A stretch of 64,000 nucleotides of DNA. It comes from Candidatus Latescibacterota bacterium. GTDB taxonomy: Bacteria; Latescibacterota; UBA2968; UBA8231. Shown piece by piece: positions 45,418-55,432 of this stretch (position 1 is the stretch's first letter; the number at the start of each line of letters is the position of its first letter). The notes under the pieces were generated by a model. That model did not search any database and had not been told where the DNA came from. It saw only the letters and a program-made list of their open reading frames with translations. The DNA is taken from the NCBI GenBank assembly GCA_965248355.1, contig OZ252098.1, positions 736,001 through 800,000 of the forward strand, given 5' to 3'. A program made the position numbers and the translations under genes.

Positions 45418-46229
45418 CCCGTGATCCCCGGCCCGCCCGGGTAGGAGGCGCCGGCGTTCATGGCGAGGTTGCCGCCGTCCACGGGCAGCAGGACGCCGGT
45501 GACCCAGCGCGCCGCGTCCGAGGCCAGGAAGACGGCCGCCCCCTTCACGTCGTCGGGCTCGCCCAGGCGGCCCCGGGCGAGGCCCCGCAGCCACTGCTCC
45601 TCCATGCGCGGGTCCCGCTCGATGCGCTCGCGCAGGTTGGGGTTCAGGATCTGGGCCAGGAGGATGGCGTTGACGCGCACCCCGCGGCTGGCCCACTCCG
45701 TGCTCAGCTCGCGGGTCATCTGGGCGACGCCGCCCATGGCGGTGCTGTAGGCCGTGTGGCCCCGCCCCATGGCCGTCAGGCTGGCCAGGGAGCCGATGTT
45801 GATGATGCTGCCCCGGCCGGCGGCGAGCATGCGGCGGCCGCCCTCCTGGCAGCAGCAGAACCGCCCCACCACCAGCCCCTCCAGCGAGTGCCGCACGTCG
45901 TCGAGGACCAGGTCCTCCGGCGGCCCGAGGACGATCTCGCCGCCGGCGACGTTGACGAGCACGTCGATGCGGCCGAACTCGCGGTCCAGGCGCTCGAACA
46001 TGGGCCGGATCTGCTCCGGGTCGGAGACGTCGCAGCGCACCGGCACGGCGCGCCGGCCCAAGGCCCCGACGTCGGCGGCGGTGGCCTGGGCACCGGCCTC
46101 GTCGAGGTCGGCCAGCATCAGGTCGGCTCCGGCCTCGGCCAGGGCCAGGCTGATGGCGCGGCCGACGCCCCGGGCGGCGCCCGAGACCAGGGCGGCGCGA
46201 CCGCTCAGATCGAACAGGGAGTGGGTCAT
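45414..46229 (-). CDS. SDR family oxidoreductase
   Basis: SGAARGVG, LVNVAG, INIGS, YSTAM (YxxxK Lys replaced), LPVDGG. Confidence 0.85.
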   Translation of the reverse strand: MTHSLFDLSGRAALVSGAARGVGRAISLALAEAGADLMLADLDEAGAQATAADVGALGRRAVPVRCDVSDPEQIRPMFERLDREFGRIDVLVNVAGGEIVLGPPEDLVLDDVRHSLEGLVVGRFCCCQEGGRRMLAAGRGSIINIGSLASLTAMGRGHTAYSTAMGGVAQMTRELSTEWASRGVRVNAILLAQILNPNLRERIERDPRMEEQWLRGLARGRLGEPDDVKGAAVFLASDAARWVTGVLLPVDGGNLAMNAGASYPGGPGITG

Positions 46230-47293
46230 TCATCCTCCAGCAAGGCGGGGTCGTGGGGTTTCAGCGGCACCCGCGGCACGACCTCTGGGTTGACGACATG
46301 ATCGGGGCGGGGCATGTGGCCGCGGAGCACGCAGGCCAGGTTCTCGACGCTGCCGGCGGCCACGTCCCGCGTCGAGTCCACGGACAGGGCCGAGACGTGG
46401 GGTGTGGCGATGACGTTGGCGGCGGTCACCAGCGGGTGGGTCGGGACCTCCTCGGTCTCGCCGAAGATCTCGATGATGCCGAACGTGTCGAGGCCGGCGC
46501 CGCCGAGCCGCCCGGCGCGCAGCAGCTCGGCCAGGGCGTCCTCGTCGACGATGTCGCCGCGCGAGGCGTTGATCAGGAAGGCGCCGGGCTTCATGCGCTC
46601 AAGGCGTTCGCGGTCGAGGAGTCGGCGGGTCTGCCCGGTCAGGGGCAGGTGCAGGGAGACGAAGTCCGAGCGCTGCAGCAGCTCGTCGAGATCGACCATG
46701 TCGACGCCCAGCTCCTCGGCCTCGGGCGAGGGCCGGTCCATGTCGCGGCGGGTGGCGATCACCGTGAGGCCGCAGGGCCGGGCGCGGCGGGTGACGGCGA
46801 TGGCCGAGGCGCCCCAGCCGACGAGGCCCAGGGTCAGGTTCGACAGGCGGCGCAGGGCCAGGGACTCGGCCCGGGCCTGGCGATAGGCGCCGGCGAGCAT
46901 GTGCCGGGCCATGCGCGGGATCTGCCGGCCGAGAGAGAGGATCATGGCCATCACGTGGTCGGCCATCTCCTCGGTGCTGAAGTCGGGCACGTTGGAGACG
47001 ACGATGCCGCGCTCGGTGGCGCGGGCCACGTCGATGCGGTCGGTGCCGTTGCCGATGCGGGAGATGAGCACGCAGCGCTCCAGGCCGTCGACCACGGCGG
47101 CGGGCAGCTTGGCCGAGACCACGCAGACCGCGTGGGCGGTGCGGACGTGGGGCAGGATCCGCTCCGGCTCGGCGGCCTCCACCTCCACCGGGCGCACGCC
47201 GTGGCGCTGCAGCAGCCCGCGTTCGGTCTCGGACATGGGGAACAGCTCGGCGTTGAGGCGGACCACCCGGGCCTCGGCAGGTGATGGAACCAA
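46226..47293 (-). CDS. D-isomer-specific 2-hydroxyacid dehydrogenase
   Basis: GNGTDRID, SNVPD, LHLPLT, INASRG, TPHVS; TTG start at 47293 with upstream GGAGG. Confidence 0.85.
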   Translation of the reverse strand: MVPSPAEARVVRLNAELFPMSETERGLLQRHGVRPVEVEAAEPERILPHVRTAHAVCVVSAKLPAAVVDGLERCVLISRIGNGTDRIDVARATERGIVVSNVPDFSTEEMADHVMAMILSLGRQIPRMARHMLAGAYRQARAESLALRRLSNLTLGLVGWGASAIAVTRRARPCGLTVIATRRDMDRPSPEAEELGVDMVDLDELLQRSDFVSLHLPLTGQTRRLLDRERLERMKPGAFLINASRGDIVDEDALAELLRAGRLGGAGLDTFGIIEIFGETEEVPTHPLVTAANVIATPHVSALSVDSTRDVAAGSVENLACVLRGHMPRPDHVVNPEVVPRVPLKPHDPALLEDE

Positions 47294-47448
47294 TGGCGAA
47301 TCGTCCTCCGGGGGAGTCGCGCCCGCCGTCCGGCGGCTGGCGGAAAGGGACGCTGAGCGTACAAGGTAGTGCGCCCGCCGGGCGGCGGCGGCGGGCGACA
47401 AAGTAGTGCTCCGGCCAGGCGCCGAGAACGCACCGGCCGGTCCCGGCC

Positions 47449-48660
47449 TCAGGCCCACCCGGCGATGAAGCCGTCCACGGTGAGGGACTCGGGGACCTCG
47501 TCAAAGAAGTAGCGCGTCGCCTGCCCCTGGAAGCCGGGAACGATCTGCTCCTCCTCGGCCTGCATGCAGAGGTCGACGGGCTCGAAGCGCGACCACAGGG
47601 CCTGCGCCTCGGCCTCCGAGAACCGGTCGCCCAGCCGCCGGCCCCACTGCAAGGTCATGGGGTGGATCATGGTGGCGAACTTGCGTTCCGCCTCGGGCAG
47701 GCTCTCGAAGTCGGGTCGCTTCAGGTTGCGGATGTCCCGGGCCGACTTGCTCAGGAAGATGGTGCTCTGGCGCTTGGCCATGGGACCCGAGCCGGGGTGC
47801 AGCTCCTCCAGGGCGCGGTGGTAGCCCGGGCCGTCGCCTTCGAGGGCAGCGCGCAGGGCGGACTCCACATGGTCGAGGGAGAGGTCGCTGCGCCGCCGCC
47901 AGCGCTCGAAGGTGGCCTGCGCCGTGGGCGAGAGATGTTCGAGGTAGTGCGTATCCGGGTAGTGGATGAAGGTGGAGAAGCCGCCGTGGAGGACGCGCCG
48001 CAGGCGGGTGCTGTAGTTGCTGGCCCAGTGCAGGATGGGCAGGATGTAGGCGACCCCGTCGCCGGCGGCCAGGTGGGTCTGCACGCCGCTGTCGAGAGGG
48101 GCGCGGTCGTTCCGGCGCAGCTGCTCCACCTCCTCCGGCGTGTTCGGGCGCAGGTGGCTGCCGGGCACCACCCAGAGGACATCGTCGTCGTAGAGGGTGA
48201 GGTTCCACTGCACGTAGCGGGGGCCGTTCTCGCGGATGTCCTCGGCATAGCCCATGACCGAGGAGCTGTGGCCCGGGGAGAAGTCCCGGTGCCAGCGCGC
48301 CGGCCCGTGATCGCGCACCGGGCTGCACATGAGCATCATCTCCGTCACCGCGGCGTCCTCGACCCCGAGGAGCCGGCTGCTGGCGCCCTGCACGCTCTCG
48401 TGGAGCCAGATCTCGATGGCGCCGGCGGTGGAGGCATCGAGATCGCCTGCGAGGCTGGTGAGGATGAGGCGCGGCTGGGCGCCGGTCTCCCAGTGGCCGC
48501 CCGGCGGGTCCCCGGGCGCGCGGTCCCGGGCCCAGATGGCGCGCTGGCGGTCGACGAGGATCTCGTAGACGCGGCGCAGCTCCTCGAGCTGGCCGGGAGG
48601 CACGACCTGGCGCACGATGACGTAGCCCTCCTCCAGAAAGCGCTGGCGGTCCACCTCCAT
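47449..48660 (-). CDS. PhyH-family dioxygenase with C-terminal extension
   Basis: FLEEGYVIV, WHRD, VVPGSH, LHWAS. Confidence 0.75.
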   Translation of the reverse strand: MEVDRQRFLEEGYVIVRQVVPPGQLEELRRVYEILVDRQRAIWARDRAPGDPPGGHWETGAQPRLILTSLAGDLDASTAGAIEIWLHESVQGASSRLLGVEDAAVTEMMLMCSPVRDHGPARWHRDFSPGHSSSVMGYAEDIRENGPRYVQWNLTLYDDDVLWVVPGSHLRPNTPEEVEQLRRNDRAPLDSGVQTHLAAGDGVAYILPILHWASNYSTRLRRVLHGGFSTFIHYPDTHYLEHLSPTAQATFERWRRRSDLSLDHVESALRAALEGDGPGYHRALEELHPGSGPMAKRQSTIFLSKSARDIRNLKRPDFESLPEAERKFATMIHPMTLQWGRRLGDRFSEAEAQALWSRFEPVDLCMQAEEEQIVPGFQGQATRYFFDEVPESLTVDGFIAGWA

Positions 48661-48764
48661 GATCTCGAATCCCTCCGTCCGCGGTGCCGTGCAATCGTCC
48701 TTGCGGCACCATAGGTTGTCGAGCGGCCCGAGGTCAACCTGCCGGGAGAGCAACCGTGACCGAG

Positions 48765-49124
48765 ATGCCCATCGCCAAGGAGCCCTTCTACAGCACCACC
48801 CGCCGCGCCGGGGACACACTCTACCTGTCCGGCTTCGGTCCCGTGGACCCAGGGATGAACGTCGTCGGCAAGGACATCACCGAGCAGACGCGGTATACGA
48901 TGCAGCTCATGGTGCAGGCTCTCGAGAAGGAGGGGGCGACTACCGCGGACCTGGTAAGGGTGAACGTGTTTCTGCTGGACATGGCCGATCGCGACGGCTT
49001 CAACCAGGCCTACATGGAATTCTTCGACGGGCCGCCCATGCCGACGCGGCGACTGATCGGCGCCGGAGACCTGTTCAAGGGTATCCTGGTCGAGATCGAC
49101 GGCATCGCCTGGCTGGGGGACTGA
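48765..49124 (+). CDS. RidA/YjgF family protein
   Basis: FYS...TLYLSG, VNVFLLDMAD...FNQAY, PTR, LVEIDGIA. Confidence 0.85.
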   Translation: MPIAKEPFYSTTRRAGDTLYLSGFGPVDPGMNVVGKDITEQTRYTMQLMVQALEKEGATTADLVRVNVFLLDMADRDGFNQAYMEFFDGPPMPTRRLIGAGDLFKGILVEIDGIAWLGD

Positions 49125-50072
49125 CAGATGACCACCACAGTCGGTGCGGGCGACAGCCGCTACGAGGAGCGCCACGACTGGCCGCGGCTGCCGGAGGGCT
49201 GGAGCTTCCGCGAGGTCGTGGACGTGGCCGTGGACGGCCAGGACCGCGTCTGCGTCTTCAACCGCGGCCAGCAGCCGGTCATGGTCTTCGAGGCCGACGG
49301 CACCCTCGCCGGGGCCTGGGGAGAGGGGATGTTCACCCGCCCCCACGGCCTCACCGCCGGCCCCGACGGCGCCCTCTGGGCCGCCGATGACGACGGCCAC
49401 TGCGTGCGCCGCTTCACCTGGGACGGCGAGCTGCAACTGACCATCGGCATCCCCGGCCAGGGGGCGGAACCCCACAGCGGCGAGCCCTTCAACCGCCCCA
49501 CCAAGGTGGCCGTGGCCCCCCGCTCCGGCGAGATCTACATCGCCGACGGCTACGGCAACGCCAGGGTCCACAAGTACTCCCCGGAGGGCGAGCACTTGCT
49601 CTCCTGGGGCGAGTTCGGCACCGGCCCAGGGCAGTTCAACCTGGTCCACAGCGTCTGCACCGACGACGCCGGCCGCGTCTTCGTGGCCGACCGCGAGAAC
49701 CACCGCGTCCAGATCTTCGACGACCAGGGCGCCTACCTCGACCAGTGGAACGACATGCACCGGCCCTGCGGCCTCCTGGTCTCCGGCGACCGGGTCTACA
49801 TCGGACAGTTGCCCAGCCACCTCGACGTCAACGCCGCCTACCCCAACATCGGTGCCTGCGTCACCATCCACGACCTCGAAGGCAACCAGCTCGCCCGCCT
49901 CGGCGGCGCCCACCCCGGCGAGGGGCCGGGGGAGTACACGGCGCCCCACGGTTTGGCCGTCGACTCGCGGGGAGACCTGTACGTGGGCGAGGTCTCCTGG
50001 AGCGCCTGGGGCCGGCGCCTGGATCCGCCGCGGCTGGTGCGCTGCTTCCGCAAGCTGGTCCGGGTGTGAAGG
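49103..50072 (+). repeat. Direct repeat A, copy 1 (RidA 3' end + NHL gene)
   Basis: Closely similar to 54541-55374, including the TCGCCTGGCTGGGGGA junction. Confidence 0.85.
49128..50069 (+). CDS. NHL-repeat protein (peptidyl-alpha-hydroxyglycine lyase-like)
   Basis: FTRPHGL, FNRPTKVA, IADGYGNARV, VADRENHRVQIF, APHGLAVDSRGDLYVGEV. Confidence 0.88.
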   Translation: MTTTVGAGDSRYEERHDWPRLPEGWSFREVVDVAVDGQDRVCVFNRGQQPVMVFEADGTLAGAWGEGMFTRPHGLTAGPDGALWAADDDGHCVRRFTWDGELQLTIGIPGQGAEPHSGEPFNRPTKVAVAPRSGEIYIADGYGNARVHKYSPEGEHLLSWGEFGTGPGQFNLVHSVCTDDAGRVFVADRENHRVQIFDDQGAYLDQWNDMHRPCGLLVSGDRVYIGQLPSHLDVNAAYPNIGACVTIHDLEGNQLARLGGAHPGEGPGEYTAPHGLAVDSRGDLYVGEVSWSAWGRRLDPPRLVRCFRKLVRV

Positions 50073-50145
50073 GGAGCGCAGGAATGGGCCGGAGACGGAC
50101 GGCCAGCCGTGATCGAGAGATCAGCTACACTCATGGTTGGCGACC

Positions 50146-50274
50146 ATGAACTGGCCTACTTGGTGGGGGTGGGAGTTGGAGTTGTCATCCCATCTGGAAA
50201 AACGTATGCTCCAGCGTGGTTTTGGCGAGATTGACTTGCGCACCATGTTGGAACAAGCCATCGCGTATCGTCCT
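50146..50274 (+). pseudogene. DUF4258/RelE-like toxin N-terminal remnant, fused in frame to the downstream antitoxin
   Basis: MNWPTWWGWELELSSHLEKRMLQRGFGEIDLRTMLEQA reads directly into the DUF2283 start. Confidence 0.6.
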
Positions 50275-50544
50275 ATGCGAGAGCACTATTTGGAGATCAC
50301 CTATCGCAAGGGGAAGCCCTTGGCCGCATATCTGTACTTGTCGGCTGCTTCGGGTGTGAAGAGTGTACGAACTGAGTCGAAAGATGCAGGTTTGATGGTG
50401 GACTTTGGCCCTGGTGATCAACCCATTGGCTTGGAAATCACGGCACCGGAACAGATGACCGCGGCCCAGATCAACGCCGTTTTGCGCAGCCTTGATCTTT
50501 CTCCATTGAAGGAGGAGGACTTGTCGCCACTCGAGGCCGTGTGA
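50275..50544 (+). CDS. DUF2283 family putative antitoxin
   Basis: MREHYLEITYRKGKPLAAYLYL...GLMVDFGPGDQPIGLEITAP. Confidence 0.75.
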   Translation: MREHYLEITYRKGKPLAAYLYLSAASGVKSVRTESKDAGLMVDFGPGDQPIGLEITAPEQMTAAQINAVLRSLDLSPLKEEDLSPLEAV

Positions 50545-50566
50545 CTTTGGCAACGCGCGTGCAGCA
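50419..50566 (+). repeat. Direct repeat B, copy 1 (DUF2283 3' half + 22-nt tail)
   Basis: Near-identical to 56435-56580, ending GTGTGACTTTGGCAACGCGCGTGCAGCA. Confidence 0.85.
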
Positions 50567-50581
50567 TCCAAGGAGTTTGCA

Positions 50582-51919
50582 ATGCGGTGGAACGCTCGAT
50601 GGATGGTGTTGGTCATGATATCCGTGATGACTTTCCAACTCGGCTCCGCGCACGGGCAAGCAGCGGAGCTGAGTCGTGGCAAGCGCTGGGTGCGCAGCCA
50701 CCCATTTACCACGATGGCGCTGACGATCACACCGAACACGTTCAACGCCGATCATTACGCCCAGGCCAACCTGACGAACGTGATGGCGTGGAAGACCAAG
50801 TCCAGGCTGTTGGAAAGGGTGGCGGCCAAGGGGCTGAACTGGCACTTGCACGTGCGCCCGCATCAGGACGGTCTGACCGACGAGCTCAAGGCCACGCTGC
50901 AACGGCTCCATGCCGACTACTCGGGGCAGACGGGGTGGCTGGTCTGGGACGAGCCCAACCGGTCGCAGATGTTCATCGCCGCCAGGACGATCAAATGGCT
51001 CAAGGAGACGCATCCCGATGCACTGGTGTATTCCTGCGCCTTTCCGATGGGCGCGACGGCTGAAAGGTACTACGGAGGGCCGGTGCCCGAGGGTGGCTAC
51101 AGCTACGAAGAGTATCTGCGCGACTTCGCCACGATCATGGACCCGGACGTGGTGCTGTTCAACGCTTATCCCTTTCGAGAGGACGGAGGGACGAAGAACC
51201 TCTTTCCCACGTTGATGACCGCACGCAAAGTCGGCCAGGAAAGAGACGCGCCGTACTGGGCCTTCGTGCAGTCATACGCCGACGAGAGGCGCGGCTATCG
51301 CATGCCCAGTGAATCGGACGTGCGCATGCAGGTGTTCATGCACCTGACCAGCGGGTACACGGGGATCGCGTATTTCACCTACGAGGACCAACAGGGTCCG
51401 GCCATGATCGAGGCTCACACCGGCCGGCGGCGGGCGATCTACTACCACGTGGCCAGGCTGAACATCGAAGTGGCCAACCTCGGCGAGACGCTGCGCTTCT
51501 TGGAGAGCACGGCAGTGCGCTACGTTCCGCAAGGCGGCAATAATGTCCCCGGCGGGGTTACCGCCTGGAAGCCGGGCGATGCGGGTGACATGATCATCAA
51601 GGCGATCGCCATCGAAGGCGACGAAACCGCCGCGTGGAGAGACCTGCTGATCGGGTTCTTCAAAGACGACGATGGCCGGGACTATTTCATGCTGACAAAC
51701 CTGTGGCACGGCATGGGCGCGTCGTCGGCCGAGCGGGCTGTGACGGTGACGTTGACGCTGGACCCGAAGGTTAGAGTGATCGGCCGGCTGTCACGCGAAA
51801 CGGGGCAGCCTGAAGCGTTTGCCGTCGAAGGGGGCAAGTTTCTCATCACCTTGCCCGGCGGCACGGGTGAGCTGCTGCGCTTCGGCGACGCCAAGTTCCC
51901 CGGGCTGGATCAGACTTGA
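50582..51919 (+). CDS. Secreted protein, possible glycoside hydrolase (TIM-barrel) fold
   Basis: Signal peptide ending SAHG; LVWDEP, FNAYPF, GIAYFTY. Confidence 0.6.
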   Translation: MRWNARWMVLVMISVMTFQLGSAHGQAAELSRGKRWVRSHPFTTMALTITPNTFNADHYAQANLTNVMAWKTKSRLLERVAAKGLNWHLHVRPHQDGLTDELKATLQRLHADYSGQTGWLVWDEPNRSQMFIAARTIKWLKETHPDALVYSCAFPMGATAERYYGGPVPEGGYSYEEYLRDFATIMDPDVVLFNAYPFREDGGTKNLFPTLMTARKVGQERDAPYWAFVQSYADERRGYRMPSESDVRMQVFMHLTSGYTGIAYFTYEDQQGPAMIEAHTGRRRAIYYHVARLNIEVANLGETLRFLESTAVRYVPQGGNNVPGGVTAWKPGDAGDMIIKAIAIEGDETAAWRDLLIGFFKDDDGRDYFMLTNLWHGMGASSAERAVTVTLTLDPKVRVIGRLSRETGQPEAFAVEGGKFLITLPGGTGELLRFGDAKFPGLDQT

Positions 51920-51989
51920 CGTCAACCCCGCTGACTCTCATGCCTTCCGCTCATCGATATTCACCGATCTCCTTCCGAGGGAGCTTCCT

Positions 51990-54536
51990 ATGCCCAGGTC
52001 CAACAAAGGCGTGTACGTTGGCTTTTTCGAGGGGTTGCTGGTCCTGATGGCCTCCATCCATCCGGCTGCGCACGCACAGGTCGAACTGGCCCATGGGGGA
52101 AAGGCCAGGGCAGTCATCGTGGCCGACGAGTGGGTGCCCGAAACGACCGCAGCATTTGGGCAGTTGTCCGTTTCTACCCCGAAGGAGGAAGACCTTCTTC
52201 GTGAAACTTTCGAAGGAACGGTTGGTCAGTCCATCGGGACCCGGGGATGGACGAATGTTGAAGGTGCGTATGTTGTTTCCCATGACGGTAAGGAGTTGGG
52301 ATATTCGGCCAGAGCCCGCTCCACAAGCTCTCCGCAGTATGAGGCGGTCTCGGAAAAAAAGCTGTCCCGCCCACACACGATCACCGAGGACGCGCCGTTG
52401 ACGCTGGAGTATGTGCTCGCGCGGCCAGCCGACACCAGCCACGAGTCGTGGGCTTACGCTGGCGTTCATACGGAGAATGGAAAGCGATGGGCCCATGGAA
52501 TCCACATCGCGCGGGGTGGCGCCGTCTTTTTCGAGTTTGCGGCCGAAGCGGCCGATCCTGATCGCGTACCGATGCCCGGCGAGGCGAGCCGGGTTTTGGA
52601 TATGAAAATGGAAGTGCGGCCAACCACCGTGCGGTGGTACTGGCGCAATCATGGGGCCGGCGAGCCATACAAGAGATGCCAGGAGGGGACGATTTCCGGC
52701 CCTGTAACGATTACCGGGGTTCGCATCAGCACGATGAATCATCTCGGAGACAGCAAGGGAGATCTGGCAGGCCTTCGGCAAATGGCGGCAACGGGCGACC
52801 TGAAGAAGTATCTGGACGCCGTGACCGGGGCAGAATTCGAGATTGTGCGTCAAATGGAGGTCGCCGATGGCATGGCGAGGATCCTCGTGGGCGATTCGCA
52901 TCACGCGAGAGCGCTTGCGCCCGACGTGGATTGGGACTCGCTGGGACCAGATAACATCGTGATCAAAACCATCGGAAATGATCTGGTGCTGGCCGGAGGC
53001 CAGCCACGCGGAACCGTGTACGCCATCTACACGTTTCTCCAAGACCCGCTCGGTTGCCGCTGGTGGGCACCTGGCGCCGTGAGCATCCCCAGCCAGCCGA
53101 ACTTGACCGTGCCGGCAATGGATATTGTGTACCATCCGCCTTTCAACATGCGCGTCCATGCCGGCACGTACGGTGCAACCCACGAGGCACGGGTTTGGCA
53201 TCGGTTGAGCTTCGACGTGAACTATGATTGGACCACCCACAGTTTCCCCAAACTGTTGCCCCCCAAGGAGCATTTCCTCGAGCATCCGGATTGGTTCATG
53301 TATTGCAAAGAGGATGGTGGCGAGGATGAGAGGTACAGCTATCTTCACACACTCAGTTACTTGGAGAGGGAGAGCAAGACGGATCGACCAGAGGCAGCGT
53401 TGATCGGCCAGTATCTGGAGGTCGCCAGGCGAACCCGGCGCTTGCCCGGGCAGCCGTGCCCGAACAGCGAGGGGGGAGAGCGGACGATTACCGCCAACGT
53501 GTTGGCCGAATTGGAGCGCGACTACCCAGGCTGGAATTATCCACAGAAGATTGCCTGGGTGCTTCAGGGGGATGGGCGGAACATGTGCACGTGTGATCGC
53601 TGTGACGCGGTGCGCCGGGAGGAAGGATCCGACTCGGCGAACTGGATGCGATTGGTCAATGCCATTGCAGAAAGAGTCGAGCGGAAATATCCCGATGTCC
53701 TGGTCGGCATGTTTGCCTATCTGCATACCGAGGCACCGCCCAGCACGATGCGTCCGCGGAAGAACGTGTTGGTCTATCAGGCGCTGCTCGACATGAACCG
53801 ACTGGACCCGGTACCGAACTACGCCTTTCACCGGGAGGCGATGAAGAAGTGGGCCAACATGAGCTCGCAGCTGTTCGTCTGGGACTACGATGGCAATTTT
53901 CGCCATCACTTCCAGCCGCATCCGAATTATTTCAACATGGGTGTCAACGCCAGATTCTTCCAGGAGATCGGGGTGGACGGCATCATGCTCCAGGCCAGCT
54001 ACGGAACCGCGGCGGACATGGGACCTATGCGCACCTGGGTGGCCGGGCAGATGATGTGGGATCCACGACGGGACCAGCGAGAGCTGATGGAAGAGTTTCT
54101 CAGTGGCTATTACGGGGCGGCTGGACCGTATTTGATGGAGTACATCGATGCGATGGTAGCCGCCGCGCACCGCCACGGTGACGATTTTTGGCTGTCATGC
54201 TTTGAGACCGATACCGCCAACTGGGCGACGCTGGAGGATCTTAATGAAGCGACGCGTCTGTTCGATGAAGCGGCGGCTGCAGTAGCCGGGCAGGATGTCT
54301 TGTCAGAGCGAGTGTGGCTGGCTCGTTCGTCCGTCGACATGGCCTGGTTGGACCGGTACGACGAGTTGCGTCAGGATGCGGAGCGCAGAGGCGTGCGGTT
54401 TGGAGGGCCAAAGAATCCAGAGAAGGTGGTGGATGGACTGGCACCCTATCGGCACGCATGGGGACAATTCAAGTTGCCGGGGGATTTCTCGGAGTATTTC
54501 GACGGCTTGCGAGAGAGATTTCCTTCGCGGAATTGA
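51990..54536 (+). CDS. Secreted DUF4838-domain protein with GH67/GH20-like N-terminal domain
   Basis: Signal peptide; LVLAGGQPRGTVYAIYTFLQDPLGCRWW, CTCDRC, FAYLHT, WDPRRD...FLSGYYGAA. Confidence 0.7.
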   Translation: MPRSNKGVYVGFFEGLLVLMASIHPAAHAQVELAHGGKARAVIVADEWVPETTAAFGQLSVSTPKEEDLLRETFEGTVGQSIGTRGWTNVEGAYVVSHDGKELGYSARARSTSSPQYEAVSEKKLSRPHTITEDAPLTLEYVLARPADTSHESWAYAGVHTENGKRWAHGIHIARGGAVFFEFAAEAADPDRVPMPGEASRVLDMKMEVRPTTVRWYWRNHGAGEPYKRCQEGTISGPVTITGVRISTMNHLGDSKGDLAGLRQMAATGDLKKYLDAVTGAEFEIVRQMEVADGMARILVGDSHHARALAPDVDWDSLGPDNIVIKTIGNDLVLAGGQPRGTVYAIYTFLQDPLGCRWWAPGAVSIPSQPNLTVPAMDIVYHPPFNMRVHAGTYGATHEARVWHRLSFDVNYDWTTHSFPKLLPPKEHFLEHPDWFMYCKEDGGEDERYSYLHTLSYLERESKTDRPEAALIGQYLEVARRTRRLPGQPCPNSEGGERTITANVLAELERDYPGWNYPQKIAWVLQGDGRNMCTCDRCDAVRREEGSDSANWMRLVNAIAERVERKYPDVLVGMFAYLHTEAPPSTMRPRKNVLVYQALLDMNRLDPVPNYAFHREAMKKWANMSSQLFVWDYDGNFRHHFQPHPNYFNMGVNARFFQEIGVDGIMLQASYGTAADMGPMRTWVAGQMMWDPRRDQRELMEEFLSGYYGAAGPYLMEYIDAMVAAAHRHGDDFWLSCFETDTANWATLEDLNEATRLFDEAAAAVAGQDVLSERVWLARSSVDMAWLDRYDELRQDAERRGVRFGGPKNPEKVVDGLAPYRHAWGQFKLPGDFSEYFDGLRERFPSRN

Positions 54537-54564
54537 GCGAGTCGCCTGGCTGGGGGATTGAGAG

Positions 54565-55371
54565 ATGACGAGAGTCGGATCGGAAAACTGTCGCTACGAG
54601 GAGCGGCACGACTGGCTGCGGCTGCCGAGGGCTGGAGCTTCTGCGAGGTCGTGGACGTGGCCGCGGACGCGCAGAACGGGTCTGCGTCTTCAACCGGGGC
54701 CACCAGCCGGGCATAGTCTTCGAGGCCGACGGCACCCTAACCGGGGCCTGGGGATGTTCACTCGGCCCCACGGCCTCACCGCGGGCCCGACGGCGCCCTT
54801 TGGGCCGCCGATGACGACGGCCACTGCGTGCGCCGCTTTCACCTGGGACGGCGAGCTGAGGCTGTCCCTCGGCACGCCCGGACAGGGATCAGCGCCGCAC
54901 AGCGGGCCCCCTTCAACCGCGCCAGCAGAGGGGCCGTCGCCATCCGCTCCGAGGCGATCTACATCCTACGCGGGGCGCGTCTACGTGGCCGACCGCGAGA
55001 ACCACCGCGTCCAGATCTTCGACCGCCAAGGCGGCCTACCTCGACCAGTGGAACGACATGCACCGGCCCTGCGGCCTCCTGGTCTCCGGCGACCGGGCCT
55101 ACATCGGCCGGCTGCCAGCCACCTCGACGTCAACTCCGGCTACCCCAACATCGGCGGCTGCGTCACCATCCACGACCTCGACGGCAACCAGCTCGGCCTC
55201 CTGGGCGGCGTCCACCCTGGCGAGGGGTCGGGGGAGTACTCGGCGCCCCACGGTTTGGCGGTGGACTCGCGGGGGGACCTGTACGTGGGCGAGGTCTCGT
55301 GGAGCGCCTATGGCCGGCGGGTGGATCCGCCGCGGCTGGCGCCCTGCTTTTGCAGGCTGGTCCGGGTGTGA
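54565..55371 (+). pseudogene. Degenerate second copy of the NHL-repeat gene (repeat A, copy 2)
   Basis: Matches 49128-50069 in patches, with several frameshifts and an internal deletion near 54965. Confidence 0.85.
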
Positions 55372-55432
55372 GGGGGCACGAGGGACTCCTGGCGGCCATG
55401 ACACGAACCGGTTGCTGGATGGAGGAAGTTCC

